Positions 8,663 to 19,255 of a DNA stretch of 64,000 nt are shown here, piece after piece; position 1 is the stretch's first letter; each line of letters opens with the position of its first letter. The position numbers and the translations under genes are program-made. The stretch spans positions 401,358-465,357 of the forward strand of contig CAVVUX010000003.1 in NCBI GenBank assembly GCA_963751575.1. The letters are read 5' to 3'. Under the pieces are notes generated by a model, which did no database searches, was not told the DNA's origin, and saw nothing but the letters and a program-made list of their open reading frames with translations. The DNA is from an uncultured Chloroflexia bacterium. Lineage in GTDB: Bacteria > Chloroflexota > Anaerolineae > Anaerolineales > UBA11858.

Positions 8663-10009
8663 GACCGGATCAGGGGACGGATCAGGATCGTGGCTGGGCA
8701 GGATCGCCTCAATCTCCCTGATCGGTTTGATCAGGTATCCAGCCGCGCCGGTGATGATCGCGATCACGCCCCCGATCACAATCACCAGTCCCATCCCTGC
8801 GCCGGGCTGGGTTCCAAAGATTGGACCGAACCTGCTCGCGAAACTTCCCGCCCCCTGCAGGGCCGGTTCGAAGACCCGATCCGCCAATTGTCCTGCCAGG
8901 AGCTGGCCGATCGGGAATGTCACAGTGGAGATGGCTCCTTCCAGCCCAAAAATCCTGCCCTGGATCTCGGGGGCAACTTTTTCCTGCAGGATGGCAATAT
9001 AAGCGCTGTTAATGATGGGATTGAAAATAGCCATCATGAACGATCCCACCAGCCAGAACGGCAGCGTCCAGGCCGGGCCGAATACAAATGCCCCTAAGAT
9101 CCCCCACAGGATAAAACTCAGATTGATGGCGTGAATCCGCTTTTTGGGACCACCCCAGATACTCATCAGCAATCCACCCGCTAGAAAACCTACCGAACCA
9201 GCCGATCTGGTCATGCCCAGGATCAATGAGTTGTCGCCTGTCTTAGCCAGGACTGATGGCGTCATTAACGGGTACCCGAAAGCAGCATAGAGATTGGAAG
9301 CGGTGAACAATAAGAAAATAGCCAATAAGCTGGGCCGGTCGAGGATATACTGCAAACCCTGGCGGGTTTCCTTCCAGATCGCGCCCTTTCCTTCCAGCTT
9401 GGCGGAGGTCCTCTCAGGTTGGGGGATATGGATCACGACCAAACCCATCATCGCCAATCCAAAGGTTGCCAGGTCAATCAACATGATCTGGTGAATATCT
9501 AAGACAACCAGCAATGCGCCAGCCAGCAGAGGGGCTGCGATGCCTGAGGCAGAACCCACTACAGTTCCCATGCTGTTTGCCCGGGCATACTGGTCTTTGG
9601 GCACCATGGTGGTAACCACGGCAGAATAGGCTGGATATTGAAAAACACTGAATGCGCCAGAGATGGCGCTGGTCAGATATAAGTGCCAGATCTCTGCCTG
9701 ACCGGAATAAAAAAGGATCAGCAGGATCACGGTTGAAAGGGCAGCACCCGCGTCTGAAAGGGCTAAAACAAGTTTCCGGTTCCAGCGATCGACCAGGGTG
9801 CCGGCAATCGGTCCCAGCAGCACACCGGGAAGAAAACCGATCACACCCACCAGGACCAGGCCCGTTGCCGTTCCAGTCAGGTCCCAGGCCCAGAGCGTGA
9901 CCGCAAAATTCGTCATTCGGGAGGCAAAAATGGATACGAACTGCCCGATCCACAAAACGATGAAACCCTGCATCCCCTCCAGTTTTTTCACTGATCGGAT
10001 ATATTTCAT
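8648..10009 (-). CDS. MFS transporter (MFS_3/EntS-like)
   Basis: 453 aa, 12 TM. Motif GTLVDRWNRK after TM2. Confidence 0.85.
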   Translation of the reverse strand: MKYIRSVKKLEGMQGFIVLWIGQFVSIFASRMTNFAVTLWAWDLTGTATGLVLVGVIGFLPGVLLGPIAGTLVDRWNRKLVLALSDAGAALSTVILLILFYSGQAEIWHLYLTSAISGAFSVFQYPAYSAVVTTMVPKDQYARANSMGTVVGSASGIAAPLLAGALLVVLDIHQIMLIDLATFGLAMMGLVVIHIPQPERTSAKLEGKGAIWKETRQGLQYILDRPSLLAIFLLFTASNLYAAFGYPLMTPSVLAKTGDNSLILGMTRSAGSVGFLAGGLLMSIWGGPKKRIHAINLSFILWGILGAFVFGPAWTLPFWLVGSFMMAIFNPIINSAYIAILQEKVAPEIQGRIFGLEGAISTVTFPIGQLLAGQLADRVFEPALQGAGSFASRFGPIFGTQPGAGMGLVIVIGGVIAIITGAAGYLIKPIREIEAILPSHDPDPSPDPVLKQS

Positions 10010-10166
10010 AAGATTTTTTCTATTGAAATCTTGCAGGTAAGTATTCTAACATCCAAATCCGGGTCTCATTCAGATTCCTCTGTCCCCAACGTCGCTCAGC
10101 TGATAAGAGAATGTCGATCTATTGGTACAATCAGATTAACCAGCCCAATCAAAATCCGGAGGACCA

Positions 10167-10488
10167 ATGGGATTCCTAGAACTCAAATCCATCACTGAAA
10201 AAGAGATCGTACCCGGCTACCGGGCTCGTTTTGTGCACGGAGACAACCTGACCCTGGCCTACTGGGATGTGGATCCCGGAGCGGAGCTTCCGGAGCACAG
10301 TCATCCTCATGAACAGGTCGCGAACGTCCTGGAGGGAAAATTCGAATTGACCGTCGACTGGCGAACGGAAGGTGCTGGAACCGGGCCAGGTCGCGGTCAT
10401 AGCTTCAAATATTCCGCACAGCGGCAAAGCAATCACTCACTGCCGGCTGCTGGATGTCTTTCACCCCCCGCGTGACGACTATCGCTGA
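10167..10488 (+). pseudogene. Cupin_2-domain protein, frameshifted as written (one extra base near 10359)
   Basis: Frame 0 gives ...HSHPHEQVANVLEGKFELTVD then nonsense. Frame +1 from 10360 reads GERKVLEPGQVAVIASNIPHSGKAITHCRLLDVFHPPRDDYR* (TGA at 10486-10488), completing a typical cupin of about 107 aa. Confidence 0.8.
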
Positions 10489-10506
10489 TAACCTAGAAAT
10501 TCAAGC

Positions 10507-10890
10507 TTGATTTATGGGAAAATTGCCATGAAACCCCTAATGACCGGAACTGGATTTGGCTGGATCGAGGTCAACGGAGAACGTATTAACCACGATATCC
10601 TCATTGGCCTTGATGGGAAGGTGTGCAAGCGCAAGAAAAAGCTCTCCAAGGAGATCTACGGCACCTCGCATTTGATCTCGCTGGCAGAGGCGCAGTACAT
10701 TTATCAGGATGGCGCTTCAGGTTTGTTGATTGGCGCCGGCCAATTTGGACGGGTCCGGCTCTCTCCCGAAGCTGCAGAGTATTTCGAACAGAACAGCTGC
10801 CGGGTTGAGATCTTCCCCACGACCAGGGCAATCCAGGCCTGGAATGAGTCTGAAGATCAGCTGATCGGCCTTTTCCATATCACCTGCTAG
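10507..10890 (+). CDS. Mth938-like (DUF498) domain protein
   Basis: 127-aa ORF (alternative ATG at 10528). Pattern FG.IEVNGE...HD.LI...H.L...LLIGAGQFG...VEI..T..A..WN matches the family as remembered. Confidence 0.6.
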   Translation: MIYGKIAMKPLMTGTGFGWIEVNGERINHDILIGLDGKVCKRKKKLSKEIYGTSHLISLAEAQYIYQDGASGLLIGAGQFGRVRLSPEAAEYFEQNSCRVEIFPTTRAIQAWNESEDQLIGLFHITC

Positions 10891-11061
10891 ATCCCCGCCC
10901 TGGGAATTAATCCAAATACCCATCTAAAGCAAATTCCCCTCGATCTGAATATTAACATTTAATCATAAACAATAGCCTGAGCAGGCTCTAGGGACCTTAT
11001 CCATTAAAATGATAAAACTATTTGGCATTTTATTGGTTATAAAAACAGAAAGGAAAACCCC

Positions 11062-11521
11062 ATGAAATCTGATTCTCACATCTATCGAGCAGTACCTGGC
11101 AGACATGCCACCTGAACGACGGGAGGCCGTCGAAAAAGTCCGCGCTACCATTCTTGAGAATTTACCGACAGGGTTCGAAGAAGCCCTGAACTGGGGCATG
11201 ATCACCTACCAGGTGCCGCTGGAGATTTATCCTGACACCTACAACAAAAAACCCCTCATGTATGCAGCCCTGGCCAATCAAAAGAATCACATGGCTGTTT
11301 ACCTGACCGGAATCTATATGGATGAAAAGCTCAGCCAGGATTTTGAAAAATCCTATAAAAAGACCGGCAAACGCTACGATGTCGGGAAATCCTGTGTTCG
11401 CTTCAGAAAGCTGGATGACCTGCCCCTGCCGGTAATTGCCGAGAGCATTCGAGCCATGGATCTGGACGAATTCATTCAACGCACCAAAGGTCTTTCAGCC
11501 CGAAAAGTAAAAAAGGGCTAA
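11062..11521 (+). pseudogene. DUF1801 (YdhG-like) protein, probable frameshift near 11077
   Basis: ATG at 11062 has a good SD (AGGAAAACCCC) but stops after 17 codons. The +1 frame is open from 11066 and reads ...TSIEQYLADMPPERREAVEKVRATILENLP..., a typical DUF1801 N-terminus. A non-ATG start is the alternative explanation. Confidence 0.6.
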
Positions 11522-11540
11522 AAGGTCAAGGAAGTATTTT

Positions 11541-12030
11541 ATGATCACTCTTGAGAACATCTCAGCCGCCTATGCCAGGAACCTGGAAATCATCCAGCTG
11601 CAGACGGAAGGCTTGACCCATGAACAGAGCTTGATCCAGCTGCCATTCAGGAGCAACTGCCTGAACTGGGTCGTCGGTCATATCCTCACCAACCGCTGCA
11701 ATATCCTCAGGTTATTGGAAGCCGGGGATATCCGCTCTGAAATAAACCTGGACCAATATGAACGGGATTCCCAGCCAATCACAGCTGACGGGGAGGGTGT
11801 CCTGGAGATTAAGCGAACTGCTCCGCCATCTGCAAGATACCCAGGAACGCCTGGAAGCGGTCCTGGAACAGGAAGACGAAGATTCCCTCCAGCGCCTTGC
11901 ACCCTATCGCGATCGGCCTGAACGTCCCGTCGCCTACTGGATCTTCTTTTTATATTTTCACGACAGCTACCACACCGGCCAGACAGAGATCTTCCGCCAG
12001 GCTGCAGGGTTCGATGACAAGATCATCTAA
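11541..12030 (+). pseudogene. DinB-family protein, frameshifted near 11808
   Basis: Frame 0 gives ...NWVVGHILTNRCN...ADGEGVLE. Frame +1 continues LSELLRHLQDTQERLEAVL...YFHDSYHTGQTEIFRQ (DinB His motifs). Confidence 0.75.
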
Positions 12031-12223
12031 CCGCAGCCCCTAAATCGTATTTATTTTGATCCCGGATTTGGACCTGATCCTGTCAGGCTGTTGTGCTGAT
12101 TCCCCTGCTCTCCAAGCGACCGCAGATCCCGGATCCCTTCCCGATTTGATCGCTCCCGGGCTGGACCTGCCATCAGGGGCCGCGATTTCCCGACGGGACA
12201 AAAATACTGAAAATACACAGGAG

Positions 12224-12259
12224 CAAAAAACAAAACGGGATCCCATCGGATCCCGTTTT
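12224..12259 (-). terminator. Intrinsic terminator of the SPFH gene
   Basis: On the minus strand: AAAACGGGATCC-gatg-GGATCCCGTTTT followed by GTTTTTTG, 22 nt after the stop at 12281. Confidence 0.8.
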
Positions 12260-12280
12260 AATTGGGTCAGGTTTCCAAAC

Positions 12281-13207
12281 TCAGGCAATTTTCCCGGTTG
12301 GTTTTTTAGTCTGTGTTCCCGCTGAGGCAGCAGCAATATTGCCGCCCATCACGCTGTCCATCGGGTAGACGATCACCATCGAGCTTTCTTCCTTGGAGAT
12401 TTCCAGCAGGGCCTGGAGCTGTCGAAGCTGCATGGATCCTTCCTCTCCGGATAAGATTTTGGAGGCTTCCGCCAGGGAATTGGCGACTTTAAGTTCAGCA
12501 TTAGCCTGGATCTGTTTCGCTTTGGCGGAGCGTTCCGCCCGGGCGATCACAGCCAGCTCTTCGATCAGGCTTGGCGGAGTGCCCACATCGGTGATGCGCA
12601 CAGCACGAACGTTAATGCCGTAATCCGAGGCGGCCGCGTCAATGATCTTTTTTAGATCTGTAGCAATTCGGTCTGTTTCACTGAGCAGCGGCCGCAAATC
12701 ATTGCCGCCGATGGTGCTCTTGAGAGCTTCCATCGAAGCCCACTCAGTGGTTTTCCAGTAATCCTGGACTGCTATAGCCGCTTTTTCAGGATTCTCAACT
12801 TCCAGTTCGATCGCTGCCGTAACGTCAATGGGTATATTGTCCTTGGTCAGGGTTTTAGTGGCCTTCACCTCATAGGTCTGGATGCGGACATCCAGGATGC
12901 GGGCGACAGAATAAATAAAGGGTGGGATAACGAATAAACCGGGGCCTTTCGTTCCGACTGATTTTCCCAGCCGCAGGAGCACCAGCCGCTCCCATTGGGG
13001 CAGGATGTAAAACATCCCGGCCAGGATATTGGCGATCCAGAAGATCACCAGGGTTTTAACCCCTCCCGCCAGCAGTCGCCCCGCGCTGGCAGTCAAAACA
13101 CCAACTGAAAAATCACGATAGGCTATCAGCAGCCAGAGAGGGATAAATACCAGCAGGCGCACAAAATTGCGGATGAACACCTGGACCGGATTTTTAATGA
13201 TATTCAT
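12281..13207 (-). CDS. SPFH/band-7 (stomatin/slipin-like) membrane protein
   Basis: 308 aa, N-terminal TM helices, SPFH core (LGK..GTKGPGLFVIPPFI...VRIQTYEV...DNIPIDV...), coiled-coil tail. SD AAGGAG. Confidence 0.88.
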   Translation of the reverse strand: MNIIKNPVQVFIRNFVRLLVFIPLWLLIAYRDFSVGVLTASAGRLLAGGVKTLVIFWIANILAGMFYILPQWERLVLLRLGKSVGTKGPGLFVIPPFIYSVARILDVRIQTYEVKATKTLTKDNIPIDVTAAIELEVENPEKAAIAVQDYWKTTEWASMEALKSTIGGNDLRPLLSETDRIATDLKKIIDAAASDYGINVRAVRITDVGTPPSLIEELAVIARAERSAKAKQIQANAELKVANSLAEASKILSGEEGSMQLRQLQALLEISKEESSMVIVYPMDSVMGGNIAAASAGTQTKKPTGKIA

Positions 13208-13725
13208 ATTTTTTCTCCTTGATAAGGGTGCGGATCATCATTAGATGAGGTTTTATAATGTTTACTCCTTTTAATCAGACCGCCCGATAGGCAGGGTACT
13301 GGAGAACTCCCGGCTGAAAATGCCCTGAGCTCAGACCCGGGTGGGAAATCTGCGATTATTGTAGGGATATTCCGGGAATTGCCAGCAAATAAGTTGTCCA
13401 TATTACTATACGGCGGGCAAAACAAAAAGTTGCATGGTGAACCCTCTCCTGGGATCAGGTGAGGGTCATAAAGACTTCATTGGATCCTATTTAAGGTTTT
13501 TATTGTTGAACGGACAATTGGATTTCTGACCATTCCGGATGCTCAGGGAAGGGGCAATGCCCTGGAAAAAGACTAATGAAACCGATCAGGATCATCGGAA
13601 AAACACTGACAAGGGCTAGGATTGCCATAAAAGCATATCACCATATCCTTGCACCAAAAAGACCATATCGCCTTAACGACATTTGGGCGACATATCCAAA
13701 TCTGGATCGCCTACCAAAATTAATT

Positions 13726-14409
13726 CTACCTTACAGTACTCGGGACGCAGCTAAAAATATACCCTGGCCAGCGGCAATTCGGCGCCAGATTATTATAGGG
13801 ATCATTGATCGCATCCTGATATCCCCCTTCGTAAACATCCAGGCAAATCTGCAAATTTCCCTCTGAAACAAAATGACCAACTGTCTTGAATACAATCTCG
13901 CCTTCAGTCTGAACCGGTTCTGGAAAGTATGTCGTGTGCTCATATTCCATTTCGCTCGAACCGGCGTAGATTGCTCCATCCTTACTTATTTCTCCAAACC
14001 CCAAATATTTTTCTTCGAATTTGTACTCTCCTTCTGGAACGAGGGTAGCACCGGGAGGGGGCCTATAATCCGGATCCCGCTGGACGAGAAAGGTACTCTC
14101 GGACCTGAAATCAAGATTAATAGTAAAAGTTTCATCAATTAAATACAACTTTAGATTTAGATTGTAAAAGGGAACCCATTCATCTCCTAGATAAAGCCTA
14201 AGATCCGATGCGGAACAGTCCCATCCCTCACTGGGTTGAAAATCATAAATGCTGGTATCAGGTTTTTCCTCACTTGCCAGCCCGGGAAAATTCGAGAGGA
14301 TTGGATAGAACAAGTCATAAACACCGTTAGGCAGGTAGCAGGATGTTGTTATTAATAATAGGATCGTGACCAGGAGGAGCTTCTTGGATAGCTTCATTGT
14401 TTTCTCCAA
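13726..14409 (-). CDS. Hypothetical lipoprotein in an AT-rich patch
   Basis: 227 aa with a signal peptide and lipobox (LITTSC). No family recognised. The local sequence is visibly AT-rich. Confidence 0.6.
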   Translation of the reverse strand: MEKTMKLSKKLLLVTILLLITTSCYLPNGVYDLFYPILSNFPGLASEEKPDTSIYDFQPSEGWDCSASDLRLYLGDEWVPFYNLNLKLYLIDETFTINLDFRSESTFLVQRDPDYRPPPGATLVPEGEYKFEEKYLGFGEISKDGAIYAGSSEMEYEHTTYFPEPVQTEGEIVFKTVGHFVSEGNLQICLDVYEGGYQDAINDPYNNLAPNCRWPGYIFSCVPSTVR

Positions 14410-14583
14410 TCTGCTAGTACAGTTAGTGCAAAGTTTATTAGGATAATTCTACTCGTTAAATGGAAGAATATAACAACAAATATGACTAAAGAATATCATC
14501 CTCTGAAATGCATACCCATCGGCTAACCTCTCCCAAGGGTTATGATAACATGCTCCTCAGAAACCGCATGATAAAATAATCCC

Positions 14584-16000
14584 ATGGACCTATTTGACCA
14601 CGCCATGCAGGAAGATCTGAGTCAAAAAGCCCCCCTGGCTGCCAGGATGCGGCCCCGCACCCTGGACAGAGTTTGTTGGCCAGGAGGATATCGTCGGAGA
14701 AGGCAAACTGCTGCACCGGGCAATAACTTCTGATCGCTTGTTTTCATCATTGATATTCTGGGGTCCGCCAGGAACGGGTAAGACCACCCTGGCCATGGTC
14801 ATCGCCAATCACACTGAATCCCATTTCACCAGCCTCTCAGCCGTGATGGCCGGCAAAGCCGACCTGCGCCAGGTCATCAGCCAGGCCAACGACCTGAGAA
14901 AACTCTATCAGAAACGCTCGATTCTGTTTGTGGATGAGGTCCATCGCTGGAACAAAGCCCAGCAGGACGGATTGCTTCCCTATGTTGAAAATGGCACCAT
15001 CACCCTGATCGGAGCCACCACAGAGAATCCCTATTTTGAGGTCAATCGAGCTCTGGTTTCCAGCTCCCGGATCTTTCAGATGAAATCCCTGACCGATGAC
15101 GATGTCAGGAACCTGCTGCAGCGGGCCCTGAGCGATCAAGAACGCGGATATGGAGACCTTAAGATCAAGCTGGATGATGATGCCGAAGCTCATTTGATCC
15201 GGGTCGCTGGCGGAGATGCGCGCAACGCCCTTAATGCCCTCGAACTGGCAGTGGAATCCACCCCGCCTGATCAGAAAGGATTGATCCAGCTCACCCTCGA
15301 TGTTGCCCAGGATTCAATTCAGCGCCGGGCCGTTTTGTACGATAAGGATGGAGACGCCCACTATGACACGATCAGTGCTTTCATCAAGTCCATTCGCGGC
15401 TCTGATCCTGACGCCGCTTTATATTGGCTGGCCAAGATGCTTTATGCCGGTGAGGATCCCCGTTTTATCCTCCGGCGCTTGATCATTTCCGCCGGCGAGG
15501 ATATCGGCCTGGCAGATCCAATGGGACTGGTGGTTGCCAATGCCGCTGCCCAGGCCTATGATTTTATCGGTCTGCCGGAAGGGGTTTATCCGATTGTCGA
15601 AGCGGTGCTTTATCTCTCAACCGCCCCAAAATCCAATTCCGCCGGAGCCTATTTCAAGGTTTACGATCAGATCGAGAAAGCCGGCCGCACTGATGTGCCA
15701 ATCCATCTCATGGATGCCAGCCGCGACGGGAAAGCCCTGGGACACGGCAAGGATTACCAATACCCCCATTCCCACCCGGACCATTTCCTTCCCCAGCAGT
15801 ACCTGCCGGATGAACTGCTGGGGACCTATTTTTATCAGCCATCAACCCAGGGATACGAACCTGAAGTCCAGGACAGATTATCCCGCTGGCGGGAAGCCCA
15901 GCGCAAAGCCCTCGATATAAAAACCACTACCGAGATACCTGAATTAACTGAAGCTGAGATCCAATCCATTAAAACACGCCATAAAAAAGGTGGCCTTTAA
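14584..16000 (+). pseudogene. rarA: Replication-associated recombination protein A (AAA+), frameshifted at about 14668
   Basis: ATG at 14584 gives MDLFDHAMQEDLSQKAPLAARMRPRTLD. After skipping one base, the +1 frame continues EFVGQEDIVGEGKLLHRAITSDRLFSSLIFWGPPGTGKTTLA... through to 16000 (Walker A, VDEVHR, MgsA C-terminal domain). Confidence 0.88.
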
Positions 16001-16001
16001 T

Positions 16002-17055
16002 ATGTCCCCCACTCCTCCACCCCTTCCTGAATACAGATTGGCGCTGCTCGGATTTGGCAACGTCGGTCAGGCACTGGTGGAGCTGCTGCTCGAAAAACAG
16101 GCTGATCTGATCGAGGATCCCGGAATAGTTTTCCGCGTGGTTGGCATAGCATCCGGAAATCACGGCCAGGCGATCAACCCGAGGGGTTTGGCGCTGGAAG
16201 AAGTCCTGGAATCCTATCGGGCGGGAAATCACCTCGACAGCTTTTCGACCACCACCATTCAGGGCAGCCTGGATTTTATTCGAAAAGTGTAGCGCTGACG
16301 TGCTTTTTGAGAGCACACCGGTCAATTATCAGACCGGCGAACCTGCACTCGGCTATCTCAGGACAGCCCTGGAAATGGGTCTGCACACCATCACCGCGAA
16401 TAAAGGACCCGTTGTGCACGGCTACCGCGAACTAAAAAAACTGGCCCGGAAGTACCAGGTGGGCTTCTATTTTGAATCGGCAGTGATGGATGGAGCCCCT
16501 GTTTTTTCAATCGCTCGCTGCGGGATGCCAGGCGCAAAAATAACAGGTTTTTCAGGAATCCTGAACTCAACTACCAACCTGATCCTGTCGCTGATGGAAG
16601 GCGGCAAGACACTGGATGAAGCCATAACCTATGCTCAATCGATCGGGATCGCGGAATCCGATCCCAGCGGCGATGTTGACGGCTGGGATGCTGCTGTTAA
16701 AGTTGCCGCACTGGTAACCGTGTTGATGGATATTCCCTTCACACCTGACCTGGTGGACCGGGAAGGGATCCGGAGCATAACTCCTGATTTGGTCCAGGCT
16801 GCTGCTGAAAGTGGAAAACGCTGGAAATTGATCTGCCGGGCCCGGGTCGATCCTGATCAGCCGCGGGGCGTGACAGCAGAAGTTAAACTCGCAGAAATCG
16901 GACCCGAGTCGCTCCTGTTCCAGGTCGCGGGAACTTCAGCAATTCTTGAAATTGAAAGTGATGTGCTGGGAAAATTGTCGCTGATCGAGGATAATCCGTC
17001 GCCCCGAACAACTGCCTATGGAATGTTGGCCGATTTTCTGAACGCAATCAACTGA
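16002..17055 (+). pseudogene. hom: Homoserine dehydrogenase, frameshifted at about 16281
   Basis: N-terminal part LALLGFGNVGQALVELL...SLDFI stops at 16290-16292. The +1 frame reads EKCSADVLFESTPVN...ITANKGPV...ESAVMDGAPV...GILNSTTN...AESDPSGDVDGWDAAVK. Confidence 0.85.
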
Positions 17056-17460
17056 ACCCCAACAAACCCTTTATACCTTTATTTCCAAATGTTCAGACCT
17101 AGATTGCTGGAGAGTGATCAGCGGGTCAATAAAGAATCCACGGATGGTTCCAAGGCGTTATAGTAAGCAATGCATCCTCGCTGGATCTGATCGCTGGATC
17201 AGTTTGGGGGCTCATCGAAATCTCCAGGGATAGATCGAGAAAAACTCATTCATCATACTGGCATCCTGAGTACCCTGCGATCGAACTGGCAAGATCCTGT
17301 GACCGGGAAAGTTTTTTGTGCTATGATTATTCCCCCGGCTGGTAACCTTACAGGGCTGTAATTTTATCGCCCAAGACGCCAAACTGCCGATCTGATTGAT
17401 TATAATTAAGACACTTTTCTTCTAAAACGGCTGTGATACAAGAATCCAAGAATTATAGCT

Positions 17461-18363
17461 ATGAGAATCTCTGATACATTTGATCGACTGCGGGGCGGAC
17501 GATTGCACGCTCTCCTCCCCCAAATACGGGCTTTTTTCTCCAGTGGATCTGCCCTTGTGGTAGCGAACCTGCTGATCATGGGTGGATTTACCGGTTATTA
17601 TTTCCTGAGACCTTCCCAGGAACCCGGGCTGGTTTCAGCAGCTATCCAGACTGAGATCGTCCCCACAACGACCAATCTGGCTAACACATCAGCTCCCAGT
17701 CCAACCTGGACGCCGTTTCCCCCGCTGCCGATCACAGCTACGCCCTCTCCGACAGCAACTTTTTTCGCTTCTCCCACGCCGACACCAACCCAAACTCCCA
17801 CGCTGCCAGCCCAGGCCAGCATTAAAGGTATCCAGGGCTATTCCCAGTCGATGCCTCTCAGCTGCGAGTCCCGATCTGCGGTAGATTGGGCCAAGTATTT
17901 TGGGAAATCAATCAATGAATACACGTTCTTTAATGGCTTGCCAGTTCATAGTAATCCAGATAAAGGATTTGTCGGAAGTGTCTACGGAAGCTGGGGCCAG
18001 ATACCGCCCAATCCCTATGGAGTGCACTCCGAACCAATTGCTCAGCGTTTAAGGGAGTTCGGGTTGAAAGCTAAAGCTGTCCGCCATCTGAGCTGGGAAG
18101 ATTTGCAAAGGGAAATCGCTGAAGGAAAACCTGTGGTGGTCTGGGTCGTCGGGCACGTCGCCCGCGGAACGCCTGTCCCCTATACTGCCGCCGGTGGAGC
18201 AGTGACCACCGTTGCCAGATTTGAGCACACCGTGATTGTAATTGGCTACACAGAAAATAAGGTCACCGTGCTGGATGGGTCCCGGGTTTATACCCGGCAC
18301 AAGGGGGAATTTATGAAATCCTGGGGTGTGCTGGAACATCAGGCCGTGATCTGGATCGATTAG
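17461..18363 (+). CDS. Membrane-anchored peptidase_C39_2-like protein
   Basis: 300 aa: N-terminal TM helix, Pro/Thr linker (PTPTPTQTPT), then a C-terminal domain with the ...SCESRS... Cys and ...FEHTVIVIGY... His, typical of C39-like peptidases. Confidence 0.7.
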   Translation: MRISDTFDRLRGGRLHALLPQIRAFFSSGSALVVANLLIMGGFTGYYFLRPSQEPGLVSAAIQTEIVPTTTNLANTSAPSPTWTPFPPLPITATPSPTATFFASPTPTPTQTPTLPAQASIKGIQGYSQSMPLSCESRSAVDWAKYFGKSINEYTFFNGLPVHSNPDKGFVGSVYGSWGQIPPNPYGVHSEPIAQRLREFGLKAKAVRHLSWEDLQREIAEGKPVVVWVVGHVARGTPVPYTAAGGAVTTVARFEHTVIVIGYTENKVTVLDGSRVYTRHKGEFMKSWGVLEHQAVIWID

Positions 18364-18378
18364 AAGCAGTCTGATCGA

Positions 18379-18906
18379 TCAAATACCAGATTGCTCAAAA
18401 GCCAATATTTTCGCCTTCAGATCGATATTATCTTTTCCACCATATCCTGTTAAACTTCCATCTGAACCTATCACCCTGTGGCAGGGAACGACCAGCGGGA
18501 CCTGATTGCTTTTTTCTGCCTGGCCGACTGCCCGGCTGGCCATCGGATTCCCGATCGCCGCTGCAACCTGACCGTAAGACCTGGTTTCTCCATAGGGGAT
18601 TTGATTGGTTTCCTGCAGAACTGCCCGCTGAAAATCAGTGTAAATCGTCCAATCGATGGGCAGTGAAAAATCCTTGATTGCTTTATTCAGGTAAGCCTGG
18701 ATCTGCTCCTCAGCCTCCCTGGTCTCAAAATCGGAAAAAACATATTCACCCTCGCCAGAGCGGGAATTCAATTTTAGGAATTCAATTTTGTCCTTTTGGA
18801 ACATTTCCAGCCTGAGCAAGCCATTTTCACTGATTGCGACACCAATTTGACCTAACAGCACTGTTTTAAAGAGTTTTAAGTATATTATTTTGGCCATGGG
18901 ATTCAA
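18379..18906 (-). CDS. ogt: Methylated-DNA-protein-cysteine methyltransferase
   Basis: 175 aa. Active-site motif VPCHRVIGSDGSLTGYGG and YGETRSYGQVA helix. Confidence 0.9.
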   Translation of the reverse strand: MNPMAKIIYLKLFKTVLLGQIGVAISENGLLRLEMFQKDKIEFLKLNSRSGEGEYVFSDFETREAEEQIQAYLNKAIKDFSLPIDWTIYTDFQRAVLQETNQIPYGETRSYGQVAAAIGNPMASRAVGQAEKSNQVPLVVPCHRVIGSDGSLTGYGGKDNIDLKAKILAFEQSGI

Positions 18907-19255
18907 ATCCGATAATTATTTACCGATTTTAGGCCAGTATACCATCTCATCGAGGTCCAAATCGGTGCCAAAGCGTAGGGAAAGCGTCAGGTTATCGTCA
19001 AGCAAAGCCATTCGCCCAATGCTACACTTCTATCAGAAAGGGAATATTCTCTTCTTCTCCTCCTTAGAGAGAGTCGGGTAATGGCGCACCCGACTCTCGG
19101 CATTTAAACCTATCAATCCAGCAGTATCAAAGTTCGCTAAATATGAAAATGTTAAGGTAAAAAAGGCTTTTTTCGGCCAGTGCGAACTCTACTTTTCAAC
19201 AATCAGGCTTATAATAGATTTAGCTTTCCAGCCACTTATTTTCTAAGTACAGCCT

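Noticed and set aside
12031-12223. Non-coding stretch of about 190 nt with repeated GATCCCGGAT segments between the DinB-like and SPFH genes
   Set aside because: Only short imperfect repeats are present, with no stable structure or known motif that I could define. Evidence is insufficient to call an RNA.
13576-13866. 96-aa plus-strand ORF overlapping the lipoprotein gene end
   Set aside because: It overlaps the better-supported minus-strand lipoprotein gene, has no SD and its composition is not protein-like.
273-14434. Shared 11-mer TAGTGCAAAGT near the 5' ends of two AT-rich minus-strand ORFs (273-283 and 14424-14434)
   Set aside because: Hundreds of 11-mer coincidences are expected by chance in 64 kb, and there is no extended similarity around it.
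17056-17460. c-di-AMP (ydaO) riboswitch upstream of the peptidase-like gene
   Set aside because: The conserved ydaO core elements as I remember them are not present. The idea rested only on the genomic context.
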